Below, piece by piece: positions 8,614-16,875 of a stretch of 64,000 bases of DNA (the stretch's first letter is position 1; every line of letters begins with the position of its first letter). The stretch comes from Planctomycetota bacterium (lineage in GTDB: Bacteria > Planctomycetota > UBA1135 > UBA2386), in NCBI GenBank assembly GCA_965223545.1, contig OZ245006.1:6592001-6656000 (forward strand). The letters are read 5' to 3'. The notes below the pieces were generated by a model. The model was not told the origin of the DNA. It did not search any database and saw only the letters and a program-made list of their open reading frames with translations. A program made the translations under genes and the position numbers.

Positions 8614-11397
8614 TCACGGGCGGTCGAGCTGGTCCAGCGCGTCTGCCAACTGCGCGGCCACGGCGGCGCGCTGCTGCGTGAACCAGCGGCGGGGTGCGCC
8701 GTCGGGGAGGCGGACGGTGGCCAAGTCCGCGATGCGCAGGGCGGCGCGCCAGCTCGACGCGCGCCGCGCGAACTCGAACGCCGCCCTCAGGATGTCTGGC
8801 TGCGATGCGGCCGTCGTCTGTTGGAGCCGGTACTCGATGCCGGCGACGGTCTCGATGCCCCAGTGCAGGAGCGTGGTTTCGACGTCGGCGCCGAGGCTGT
8901 CCCGATCCAACGTCTCGGCCAAGGTCCCCAGCAGATCCGATTGTCGGCGGGCGTTGTTGGGCTCGCTCCGCAGCGCGCGGTCCAGGCGCTCCAAAGCGAC
9001 GCCCGTCCGGCCGAGCTCGTGATCGATCCGGGCCAGGGCGTGCTCGACGTAGCCGCGGGCGCGGCCGTAGCGCAGCCGGTCGAGGAGCGCGGTGCCCTCC
9101 TCGTGCAGCTCATCCAAGGAGGCTGTGGCGTCGGGGCCTCGGACCTGGCCGCGGCGAATCCGGTAGCGAAGCCAGTCGACCTGCCGGGTGAACAGCTCCC
9201 CGGTTGCGAGCTCGCGCTGGGCGGTCGCCGGGCTGTGCGCGATGGCTTGCTCGAACAGGGCGAACGCCGCCTCGCCGTCGCGGCGGATCGCGAAGGTCCA
9301 CTGTGCTCGGGCGCGCAGCAACGGAGGGTGGCGGTCGCCGAACCGGTCGGTGGCGCGGTCGAGAGTTGCCACGGCCGCTTCGGGGTCGCGCCGATGCATG
9401 TGCACCACGAAGTCCAGCGCGACTTCGAGGGGAGACCAGCGGTCGCGATCGATGCGCTGCAAAGTCGCCGCCGCGCGGTCGGTGTCGCCGGTGACCAGCC
9501 ACGAGCGGGCCAGGTTGCGGTAGAGGATGCGCGACCATGCGCTCGTCGTCGGGCCGGCGTCCAGCTCGTCGGCCATGGCCTGCAGCAGTGCGCGGGAGGC
9601 CTCGTGCTGGCCGGCGTCCTGCAGCACCGCAGCGAGGAGATAGTGGGTGCGCCTGCGGGTCGCACCGCCGCGGTCGAGGCCCGAGTCTTGCGCGGCCTCC
9701 AGCTCGGAGAGCAGCTCGTGGATCGGCCGTGAAGCCAGTCGGCAGACGGCCACGGTGAGCAGGTGCTCGTCGGCGCTCCGGCCGCCGGCCGGGGGTAGCT
9801 CCCATTCTGCGCCGGGGCCCGCGAGCCAGGCGCGCAGTGCCGCTTGGCCGCGCGGAGCGCCGCGGCCAAGCGCGGCGCATTGCTCGGCCGCCGCGAAGTC
9901 GCCGAGGAGCACGTGCGCGAAGGCCATGGCCAAGTGGGCGGCGTCCGATGTGGGCTGGGTGGCGGCCACGGCTTGCAGCTGGTGGCGCGTCACCGCGGCG
10001 TCGACCGCGTCGATCGGTTGCACGACCGTGTCCAGCAGTCGCTCGACGGCATTTGCCGCCAGCGCTCGCCGGCGCAGGGCGTCGAAGCGGTCATCGCCGG
10101 CCCACAGCGCGGTCAATCCGCGCAGAGTCTCGAGTGCGCGGTCCGGTCGGCCGTCGATGAGCGCAGTGTTTGCCCGCGCCAGCCGGTCGGCGAACAGCTG
10201 CTCGGCGCGCTGTGACTGCAGCGTCGCGGTCACGGCCGCTGCCGACAGGGCGAGCACGCCCGCGGCGATCGCAGCCGTGGTGCGCGGGTTGCGACGCGCG
10301 CGGCGCCACAGGCGCGGCAGTAGGCCGACTCCGCGCACGCGCACCGGATCACCGCGCAGGTACTGCCGGAGCTGTTGCGCCACTGCGGCCGCCGTCTGCG
10401 GCCGGTGCTCGGGGCGCTTGGCCAGCAGCGTCAGCACGATGAGGCCCAGGTCGCGGTCGGCGGGCGCCAAGCGGAGCACGGGCGGTTCTTCGAGCACGAT
10501 CCGGGTCACGAGCCGCTCGGGATCGCCCGAGACGAACGGTGGGTGGCCGGCCAGCAACTCGTACAGCGTGGCGCCGAGGCCGTACAGGTCGACGCGGGGA
10601 TCGAGTCGGGGACCGCTGCCGGTGAGCAGCTCCGGCGCCACGTACGGCAGGGTGCCCGGCACGCTCCCCGTCGTGGTGACGGTGCCGTCGGTGTGGCCGC
10701 GCGCCAGCCCGAAGTCCACCAGCACCGGCCGGTCGCCGTCGATCAGCACGTTGGAGGGTTTGACGTCGCGGTGCACGACGCCGGCGACGTGCGCGGTCTC
10801 GAGCGCTTCGGCGATGGCGGCTCCGATCTCGGCGCAGCGCCGGGGTGGCAGCGGCAGCGGTAGCTGGTGCAAGCCGGGGCCTTCGATGTAGCGCATCGCC
10901 ATGAAGGCGAAGCCCTCGGCTTCGCCGGTGGCGTAGACCGGGACGATGCCGGGGTGCTCGAGGCCGGCGGTCAGCTCGGCTGCGCGGTGGAACCGACTGC
11001 GCGTGCGGGGCTCGCTCCACTGGCCGGGTCCGATCAGCTTCAGCGCGACCGTGCGGCCCAGCGACTCCTGGCGGGCGAGGTAGACGGCACCCATTCCGCC
11101 GCGGCCGAGGAAGCGCAGTAGGCGATAGTCGTCGATGCGTTGGAGTGGCAGCGCCTCGATGGGTGGCAGCGGGGTGTCGTCACCGTCGATCGCGTGGTCG
11201 GTCGTGCTGTCCCTGGGCGCCAGGCTCTCGCGGATGATGTCCGGCTCGGCCTCGATCAGCTGCCGGACCTGCTGCTCGAGTTCCGCGTCGCCGTGACACA
11301 GCGCCAACAGGTCCGGTTGTTCGCCCGCTTCGTTGGCGAGGAACCACTGTGCCAGGATCTCCTCGGCGTTGGGCCGGGAGTCCCGGTCAGCAGTCAC
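8614..11397 (-). CDS. Hanks-type Ser/Thr protein kinase with TM segment and TPR-like C-terminus
   Basis: LGRGGMGAVY, VALK, HRDVKPSN, DFGLAR, GTLPYVAPE, DLYGLG; overlaps the upstream ECF gene. Confidence 0.95.
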   Translation of the reverse strand: MTADRDSRPNAEEILAQWFLANEAGEQPDLLALCHGDAELEQQVRQLIEAEPDIIRESLAPRDSTTDHAIDGDDTPLPPIEALPLQRIDDYRLLRFLGRGGMGAVYLARQESLGRTVALKLIGPGQWSEPRTRSRFHRAAELTAGLEHPGIVPVYATGEAEGFAFMAMRYIEGPGLHQLPLPLPPRRCAEIGAAIAEALETAHVAGVVHRDVKPSNVLIDGDRPVLVDFGLARGHTDGTVTTTGSVPGTLPYVAPELLTGSGPRLDPRVDLYGLGATLYELLAGHPPFVSGDPERLVTRIVLEEPPVLRLAPADRDLGLIVLTLLAKRPEHRPQTAAAVAQQLRQYLRGDPVRVRGVGLLPRLWRRARRNPRTTAAIAAGVLALSAAAVTATLQSQRAEQLFADRLARANTALIDGRPDRALETLRGLTALWAGDDRFDALRRRALAANAVERLLDTVVQPIDAVDAAVTRHQLQAVAATQPTSDAAHLAMAFAHVLLGDFAAAEQCAALGRGAPRGQAALRAWLAGPGAEWELPPAGGRSADEHLLTVAVCRLASRPIHELLSELEAAQDSGLDRGGATRRRTHYLLAAVLQDAGQHEASRALLQAMADELDAGPTTSAWSRILYRNLARSWLVTGDTDRAAATLQRIDRDRWSPLEVALDFVVHMHRRDPEAAVATLDRATDRFGDRHPPLLRARAQWTFAIRRDGEAAFALFEQAIAHSPATAQRELATGELFTRQVDWLRYRIRRGQVRGPDATASLDELHEEGTALLDRLRYGRARGYVEHALARIDHELGRTGVALERLDRALRSEPNNARRQSDLLGTLAETLDRDSLGADVETTLLHWGIETVAGIEYRLQQTTAASQPDILRAAFEFARRASSWRAALRIADLATVRLPDGAPRRWFTQQRAAVAAQLADALDQLDRP

Positions 11398-12049
11398 GCA
11401 CGCCTCCGTCCTGCGCCATTTGGCTGGCCAGTGCTGCCCGCGCGCGCGCCAGCAACACGCGCGAGGCGCCGACGCTGCGTCCCAGGATGCGCGCGGTGTT
11501 CTCGTGTGTCTGGTCCGGCTCCATGTGCAGCATCAGGATGCGGGCGTAGTCCTTCGGCAGGCGGTTCATCGCCTGGGCGATGCGCACCAGCTCCTCGCTG
11601 ACCACGGCCGCCGAGCTCGGGGTGCCGCCGGCCTGCGGGATCTCTCGGGCGTCCGCGCCGCCTTCCCGACCGAGGTCGCGGCGCTGGGCGCCGTGGAAGC
11701 GCAGTCGCTTGCGCAGCGTGCGGTCGAGAATGCGCAGCACCCACGCCGAGAACTCGCGTTCCGAGGTGCCGCGGAAGTCGGGCACCGTGGTCACCACGCG
11801 GAGATACGTCGACTGCAGGATGTCCGAGGGCTCGACGCGGCGTCGCATCTGCGGGCCGACGCGGTGTCGCAGCGCGCTTTCGACGCGGTCGCGGACGCGA
11901 TCGAGCAGCTCCTCGAGAGCGGCGCGGTCGCCGCTCCGGGCGCGGTCGAGCAGGTGCAACCCGCCGCGGTCGGTATCGCCTCGGTCGATGGCGCGCTCGG
12001 CGGCGTCGTGGTCGTCTGGAGGGGGGCCTTCTCGGGAGGCCTCGGTCAT
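11387..12049 (-). CDS. ECF sigma factor, kinase-associated planctomycete type
   Basis: ARSGDRAALEELL, RRRVEPSDILQ, FSAWVLRI, TPSSAA, region 4 HTH; coupled to the kinase gene. Confidence 0.9.
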   Translation of the reverse strand: MTEASREGPPPDDHDAAERAIDRGDTDRGGLHLLDRARSGDRAALEELLDRVRDRVESALRHRVGPQMRRRVEPSDILQSTYLRVVTTVPDFRGTSEREFSAWVLRILDRTLRKRLRFHGAQRRDLGREGGADAREIPQAGGTPSSAAVVSEELVRIAQAMNRLPKDYARILMLHMEPDQTHENTARILGRSVGASRVLLARARAALASQMAQDGGVRDC

Positions 12050-12174
12050 GAGGTGGGTCTTCGGGGCGGGCGTGGGGGAGCGAATCCAGGGCTCTCCGGC
12101 TTGGATGCCGGGAGCTCCCGCACGTTACAGGAGAATCCCGCCGCCGCCGATTCGGGGAGTGCCAGGATCCCCTG

Positions 12175-13695
12175 TCAGCGCACGAAGACGCGGGAGTATC
12201 GGTAGTAGGCCTCGAGGGTCAGCACCAGGACGGCGGTCGAGTACACCCGGCCGCCGTCGCTTCCCCAAGCACCGATCGGGTCCCACGACCCCTCGTAGTT
12301 GCCGTCCTGGCGCTGTGGCTTGATCACCGCAGCAGTCAGAAACTCGGACCACTTCTTCCAGTGCTGCCGGCCCATTTGGTACAGCGCGTAGGTGGCGTAG
12401 TACCAGTAGTAGTGGTCGATCTCGCCGGTGTCCGGGTCCCACACCGGGGGCTTGGCGAGGATCGTGTCCGCCGCCCGTTCCATCACCGGGTACTCCTCGG
12501 GATCCTGCCCGAGGAAGAAGCGACTCATCAGGCCGACCGCGGTCAGCGCTTCGCCTTTGGCTGCCGGGAACCTGGTCGCGTGCTCGGTGTCGTGGCGTGA
12601 AGACGGCTCGCCGCGCTTCTCGTAGCCGCACTGCCCGGTGGCGGGGTCGGTGACCTGGTCGAACCACGCCTCGCACAGCTTGAGTGCCTGGGTGTTGACG
12701 GTGAGGTCGAAGTCCTGCGCCGACTTGTAGGCCATGACCGCCCAGCCGGTGACCGAGGTGTCGTTGGCCCCCGAGCGCGGTTGGTAGCGCCACACGGCGT
12801 AGGGGTTGCGGTGCGCCTCGAGATAGTTGAGGCCCTTCTGCGCGTACTTGCGCAGCAGCTGCGACTCCGACAGGCCGTAGGCCTCGATGATGGCCAGGGT
12901 GGCGATGGCGTGGTCGTAGATGAAGTGGCTCGACGTGTCGGAGCCGAACAGGCCGTTGGCGGGCTCTTGTTGGCTGCGCAGCCAGCGCACGGCGAGCTTG
13001 ACCTGGTCCTTGTAGGGGCCGCTGCGCAGGGTCGAGCCGTCACCCAAGAACGCCAGCAGCGCCAAGCCGGTGACGCCGACGTCGTGCACCGGGTTGCCGG
13101 CGCCGTCGCACGGCTCGCCCTCGTGGTCGTGCTTGGCAAAGTCGTCGGCGTCCCAGCGGCCGTCTTCGTCCTGATGGTTCTTGAGCCACTCGAGACCGGC
13201 GACGATCGCCTTGGCGGTGTCGCGGCCCTTGGCGCCGAGCCGCGCGCGCCCGGTGCCGCGCCGGCCGAACTTGCCGCCGCCGCCGCCACCCAGTCCCAGC
13301 GCCGTGTTCCACTGATCGTTGTCGAAGGCGGACTCGACGGTCGAGTCGAGGTCGTCGAAGGTCTGGTCGGTGACCTCCTCGGTGACGATCTCCTGGTCCT
13401 GCAGGACCGGCTCGTCGGGCGTCTCGGGCTCGGGTTCGGGCTCCGGCTCCTCTTCTTCCGGTATCTCCTCCGGCGGCTTGGGCTGCTCCATCTTCACCGA
13501 TTCGTCCGTCGTCGACGGTGGAGCCGCGGGGATCAGCAGGAGCACGAAGATGACGACGCCGTGGATGAGTACCGACAGCAGCAGCCACGGCGCGTGCCGC
13601 AGCTGATCGGCCATCATCTCTTGAAAGGTCGGGGAGCTGTCCCAGATCGGCGGTGTGTGTGACTCGACCCGGTAGCTGCTGGGATCGATGGACAT
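12175..13695 (-). CDS. Membrane-anchored prenyltransferase/squalene-oxidase-repeat (alpha/alpha toroid) protein, paralog 2
   Basis: 506 aa; TM helix, Pro/Glu linker, Gly-rich stretch, QW-like repeats (LEWLKNHQDEDGRW, QRQDGNYEGSW), GGRVYSTA. Confidence 0.85.
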   Translation of the reverse strand: MSIDPSSYRVESHTPPIWDSSPTFQEMMADQLRHAPWLLLSVLIHGVVIFVLLLIPAAPPSTTDESVKMEQPKPPEEIPEEEEPEPEPEPETPDEPVLQDQEIVTEEVTDQTFDDLDSTVESAFDNDQWNTALGLGGGGGGKFGRRGTGRARLGAKGRDTAKAIVAGLEWLKNHQDEDGRWDADDFAKHDHEGEPCDGAGNPVHDVGVTGLALLAFLGDGSTLRSGPYKDQVKLAVRWLRSQQEPANGLFGSDTSSHFIYDHAIATLAIIEAYGLSESQLLRKYAQKGLNYLEAHRNPYAVWRYQPRSGANDTSVTGWAVMAYKSAQDFDLTVNTQALKLCEAWFDQVTDPATGQCGYEKRGEPSSRHDTEHATRFPAAKGEALTAVGLMSRFFLGQDPEEYPVMERAADTILAKPPVWDPDTGEIDHYYWYYATYALYQMGRQHWKKWSEFLTAAVIKPQRQDGNYEGSWDPIGAWGSDGGRVYSTAVLVLTLEAYYRYSRVFVR

Positions 13696-13834
13696 GGAGA
13701 TGCCTCGTCGCTTGGCGCAGGGTGTACGGACTCCGGCCCCTGCGCGGTGCTCCGCCGCACCGCCGTTTGCACAGCAGCCCTCGTCGCCTGACGTCCCCTA
13801 GGAACGCCCAGCGTCCCCGCCGGTTCAGAATGGG

Positions 13835-14019
13835 CGCGGCGAGACGTACGGAGTCAGGCTCGATTTTCTCGCTTGGCGGCAGCCGCCAAGCGAGAAAATC
13901 GAGCCTGACTCCGTACGTCTCGCCGCGTGCTAAGCGAGAAAATCGAGCCTGACTCCGTACGTCTCGCCGCGTGCTAAGCGAGAAAATCGAGCCTGACTCC
14001 GTACGTCTCGCCGCGTGCT
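13835..14019. repeat. 93-bp palindrome overlapping three tandem 44-bp direct repeats (REP/REPIN-like)
   Basis: Perfect 46-bp arms 13835-13880 and 13882-13927 with a 1-nt spacer; unit AAGCGAGAAAATCGAGCCTGACTCCGTACGTCTCGCCGCGTGCT exact at 13888-13931, 13932-13975, 13976-14019. Confidence 0.95.
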
Positions 14020-15539
14020 CAGCGCACGAAGACGCGCGAGTAGCGGTAGTACGCCTCGAGCGTCAGGACCAGCGTGGCCGTCGAGTAGACGCGGCCGCCG
14101 TCTTCACCCCATGCGCCGATCGGGTCCCACGAGCCGGCGAAGTTGCCGTCGTCGCGCTGGGTCTTCACCACCGCCTTGTTGATCTCCTTGGACCACTTGT
14201 TCCAGTGGTGCTTGCCCATCTGATAGAGGGCGTAGGTGGCGTAGTACCAGTAGTAGTGGTCGATGTCGCCGGTCTCTTCGTTCCAGACCGGCGGCTTGGC
14301 GAGGATCGCGTCGGCGGACTTCTCCATGATCGGCGTGGACTCGGGGTCCTGGCCCAGGAAGAAGCGGCACATCAACGCGACGGCGGTCATCGCCTCGCCG
14401 CGGTTGGCCGGGAAGCGCGTGGCGTGGTCGCCCTCGTGGCGCGACGACGGCTCGCCGCGCTTGGAGTAGCCGGCCTGGCCGGTGACCGGGTCGGTGACCT
14501 GGTCGAACCACGCCTCGCACAGCTTGAGCGCCTGCGTGTTGACGGTCAGCTTGAAGTCCTGCGCCGACTTGTACGCCATCACCGCCCAGCCGGTGACCGA
14601 CGTGTCGTTGTCGTTGTCGCGCGGCTGGTAGCGCCAGACGGCGTAGGGGTTGCGGTGCGCCTCGAGGTAGTTGAGGCCCTTCTGCGCGTACTTGCGCAGC
14701 AGCTGCGACTGCGACAGCCCGTAGGCCTCGATCATCGCCAGCGCCGCGAGTGCGTGGTCGTAGATGAAGTCGTGCGAGGCGTCGGTGCCGAACAGGCCGT
14801 TCTCCTGCTGCTGCTCGCGCAGCCAGCGGACCGCCATCTTGACCTGGTCCTTGTAGGGGCCGCTGCGCAGGGTCGAGCCGTCGCCCAAGAACGCCAGCAA
14901 CGCCAGCGCAGTGACGCCGACGTCGTGCACCGGGTTGCCGGGGCCGTCGCAGGGCTCGCCGTCCTCGTCGTGCTTGGCGAAGTCGTCGGCGTCCCACTTG
15001 CCGTCCTCGTCCTGGTGGTTCTTCAACCACTCGAGGCCCGCCTCGATCGCCTTGGCGGTGTCGCGACCGCCCTTGGCTCCCAGCTTGCCGCGGCCACCGC
15101 CGCGGCCGCCGAACTTGCCGCCGGCGCCGCCGCCGAGACCGACGGCGGTGTTCCACTGGTCGCTGTCGAAGGCCGACTCGACGGTGTCGCTGATGTCGTC
15201 GAACGTCTCCTCGGTGACCTCCTCGGTGACGATCTCCTGATCCTGCAGCACCGGCTCTTCGGGCTCCTCCTCCTCGGGCTCCTCCTCCGGCTCTTCTTCC
15301 TCCTCGATCTCCTCCGGAGGCTTGGGCTGCTCCATCTTCACCGACTCGTCGATGTTGGTCGGCGGGGCGGCGGGGATCAGCAGCAGGACGAAGATCACCA
15401 CGCCGTGGATCAGCACCGACAGCAGCAGCCACGGCGCGTGCCGCAGCTGGTCGGCCATCATCTCCTGGAAGGAGGGCTCGTTGTCCCAAATGGGAGGCGT
15501 GTGCGACTCGACGTGGTATTTGCTGGGATCGATGGACAT
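14019..15539 (-). CDS. Membrane-anchored prenyltransferase/squalene-oxidase-repeat protein, paralog 1
   Basis: 506 aa from MSIDPSKY; colinear and highly similar to 12175-13695. Confidence 0.85.
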   Translation of the reverse strand: MSIDPSKYHVESHTPPIWDNEPSFQEMMADQLRHAPWLLLSVLIHGVVIFVLLLIPAAPPTNIDESVKMEQPKPPEEIEEEEEPEEEPEEEEPEEPVLQDQEIVTEEVTEETFDDISDTVESAFDSDQWNTAVGLGGGAGGKFGGRGGGRGKLGAKGGRDTAKAIEAGLEWLKNHQDEDGKWDADDFAKHDEDGEPCDGPGNPVHDVGVTALALLAFLGDGSTLRSGPYKDQVKMAVRWLREQQQENGLFGTDASHDFIYDHALAALAMIEAYGLSQSQLLRKYAQKGLNYLEAHRNPYAVWRYQPRDNDNDTSVTGWAVMAYKSAQDFKLTVNTQALKLCEAWFDQVTDPVTGQAGYSKRGEPSSRHEGDHATRFPANRGEAMTAVALMCRFFLGQDPESTPIMEKSADAILAKPPVWNEETGDIDHYYWYYATYALYQMGKHHWNKWSKEINKAVVKTQRDDGNFAGSWDPIGAWGEDGGRVYSTATLVLTLEAYYRYSRVFVR

Positions 15540-15801
15540 GGGCCTTGGTCCTGGCGGCCTCTTTGGGGGGGCCTCGTGGGGGGATGCGACCGAGCGTCGA
15601 CGCGAAACGCCTCTCGTCAGGAGGCTTCGGTCGGGCCGGTCTCGTACCGCGGAACGCAACCGGGCAACGAGGGCAGTGGCCCGCCGGTTCAGTACGAGTT
15701 GGGCAAAGTAGCGACGCGGCGCGCCGTTGCCAAGGATCGCGCGGCGCGCTGTTTTCTGCTGTGCGCAAACCCGCGATGGCGGGGGCCGCCGGCCGCGCCG
15801 A

Positions 15802-16875
15802 TCAGCGGTAGGGCGCGCGCCGGGGAACGGCTTGGAACGCCTTCTGGCTGGCTTGGATCATCTCCTGCAGCAGCACCAGCCGGCGCTCCGCGACGAGCCA
15901 GACCTGGATCTCCTGCTGCACCGTCGGATCGTCGAACGGACGGTGCACGGCCTCGATCCGACGGGCGATGCGCAGCACCCAGGAGTTGTTGCCGACCGCG
16001 ATCGGCTCCGACACTGCACCGGCCGTGCCGTTGGTCGCGAACTGCTTGATGTAGGTCGCTCGGTCGTCGTCGGGGTGGTCGCGGACGTTGGTGCGCGGCG
16101 CCAGCGCCCGGCCGCCGAACTCGGCCGCGATGTCGGCGGCGGCCGCGTCGCGCTGCCGCCAAGCCGCGGCCGCTGCCGTGGCGCGCTCGGCGGCTGCCGC
16201 CGGGTCGTTGCCGCCGGGGAACACCACGACCTCGACGTCGGCGGCCGCCTCCTGGTGGAAGCGGTCGCGGTGGCGCTCGTAGTAGCGCCGCATCTCGGCC
16301 GGCGTGACCCAGAGCGCGCGCAGATCGCGGTAGCGCTCGGCGAAGGAGCGCTGCTCGGCGAGCTGGGCGAGGGCCGTCGTGCGGCGCTCCTCGCGCACCG
16401 TCGGCCAAGTCGTGCCCAGCAGATCGAGCTGCTGGCTGTACTTCGTCAGACTGCCGGCGTTCTCGATCTCGGCGCGCTGCTGATCGGCCAAGAACTGCTC
16501 GAACACCTGGTCGACCTGCTGTGGCGTGCTGCCGCGCTGGATGCGGGCGGCCTGCGCCATCGCCTCGGTCTGGAAGATGTTGCGCAAGAACTCGAACTCC
16601 CAGCGCTCGATCTCTTCGCGCGTCGGCCGGTGGCCCTGGCCGAGTGCACCCTGGATCCGCGCTTGGATCTCGCGGGCGATGCGGCTCTCGAGGATCGCGG
16701 TGTCGCCGACGGTGGCGGCGATCGCGTCGAGGCGGATGCCCTTGTTCCGGTCCGCCGCGGGGTCCTGGCCGGCGGGCGGCGAGGGATCCTGGGCGCGGCC
16801 GGCGAAGCCGCATCCGAGCAGCACTACGATTGCCGCGAGCGTCGCTCGCGGCGCGGTCGCTGGGCGCGCTGGCAT
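15802..16875 (-). CDS. SurA-like periplasmic chaperone/PPIase
   Basis: Signal peptide, LDAIAATVGDTAILES (SurA N-domain-like), parvulin-like GAVSEPI; downstream of mfd. Confidence 0.7.
   Translation of the reverse strand: MPARPATAPRATLAAIVVLLGCGFAGRAQDPSPPAGQDPAADRNKGIRLDAIAATVGDTAILESRIAREIQARIQGALGQGHRPTREEIERWEFEFLRNIFQTEAMAQAARIQRGSTPQQVDQVFEQFLADQQRAEIENAGSLTKYSQQLDLLGTTWPTVREERRTTALAQLAEQRSFAERYRDLRALWVTPAEMRRYYERHRDRFHQEAAADVEVVVFPGGNDPAAAAERATAAAAAWRQRDAAAADIAAEFGGRALAPRTNVRDHPDDDRATYIKQFATNGTAGAVSEPIAVGNNSWVLRIARRIEAVHRPFDDPTVQQEIQVWLVAERRLVLLQEMIQASQKAFQAVPRRAPYR

Noticed and set aside
13888..14019. 44-bp repeats as a CRISPR array
   Set aside because: Repeats are contiguous with no spacers, and there are no cas genes in the window.
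12175..15539. Squalene-hopene cyclase call
   Set aside because: Single toroid with a TM anchor, no DXDD motif seen, and no hopanoid genes nearby.
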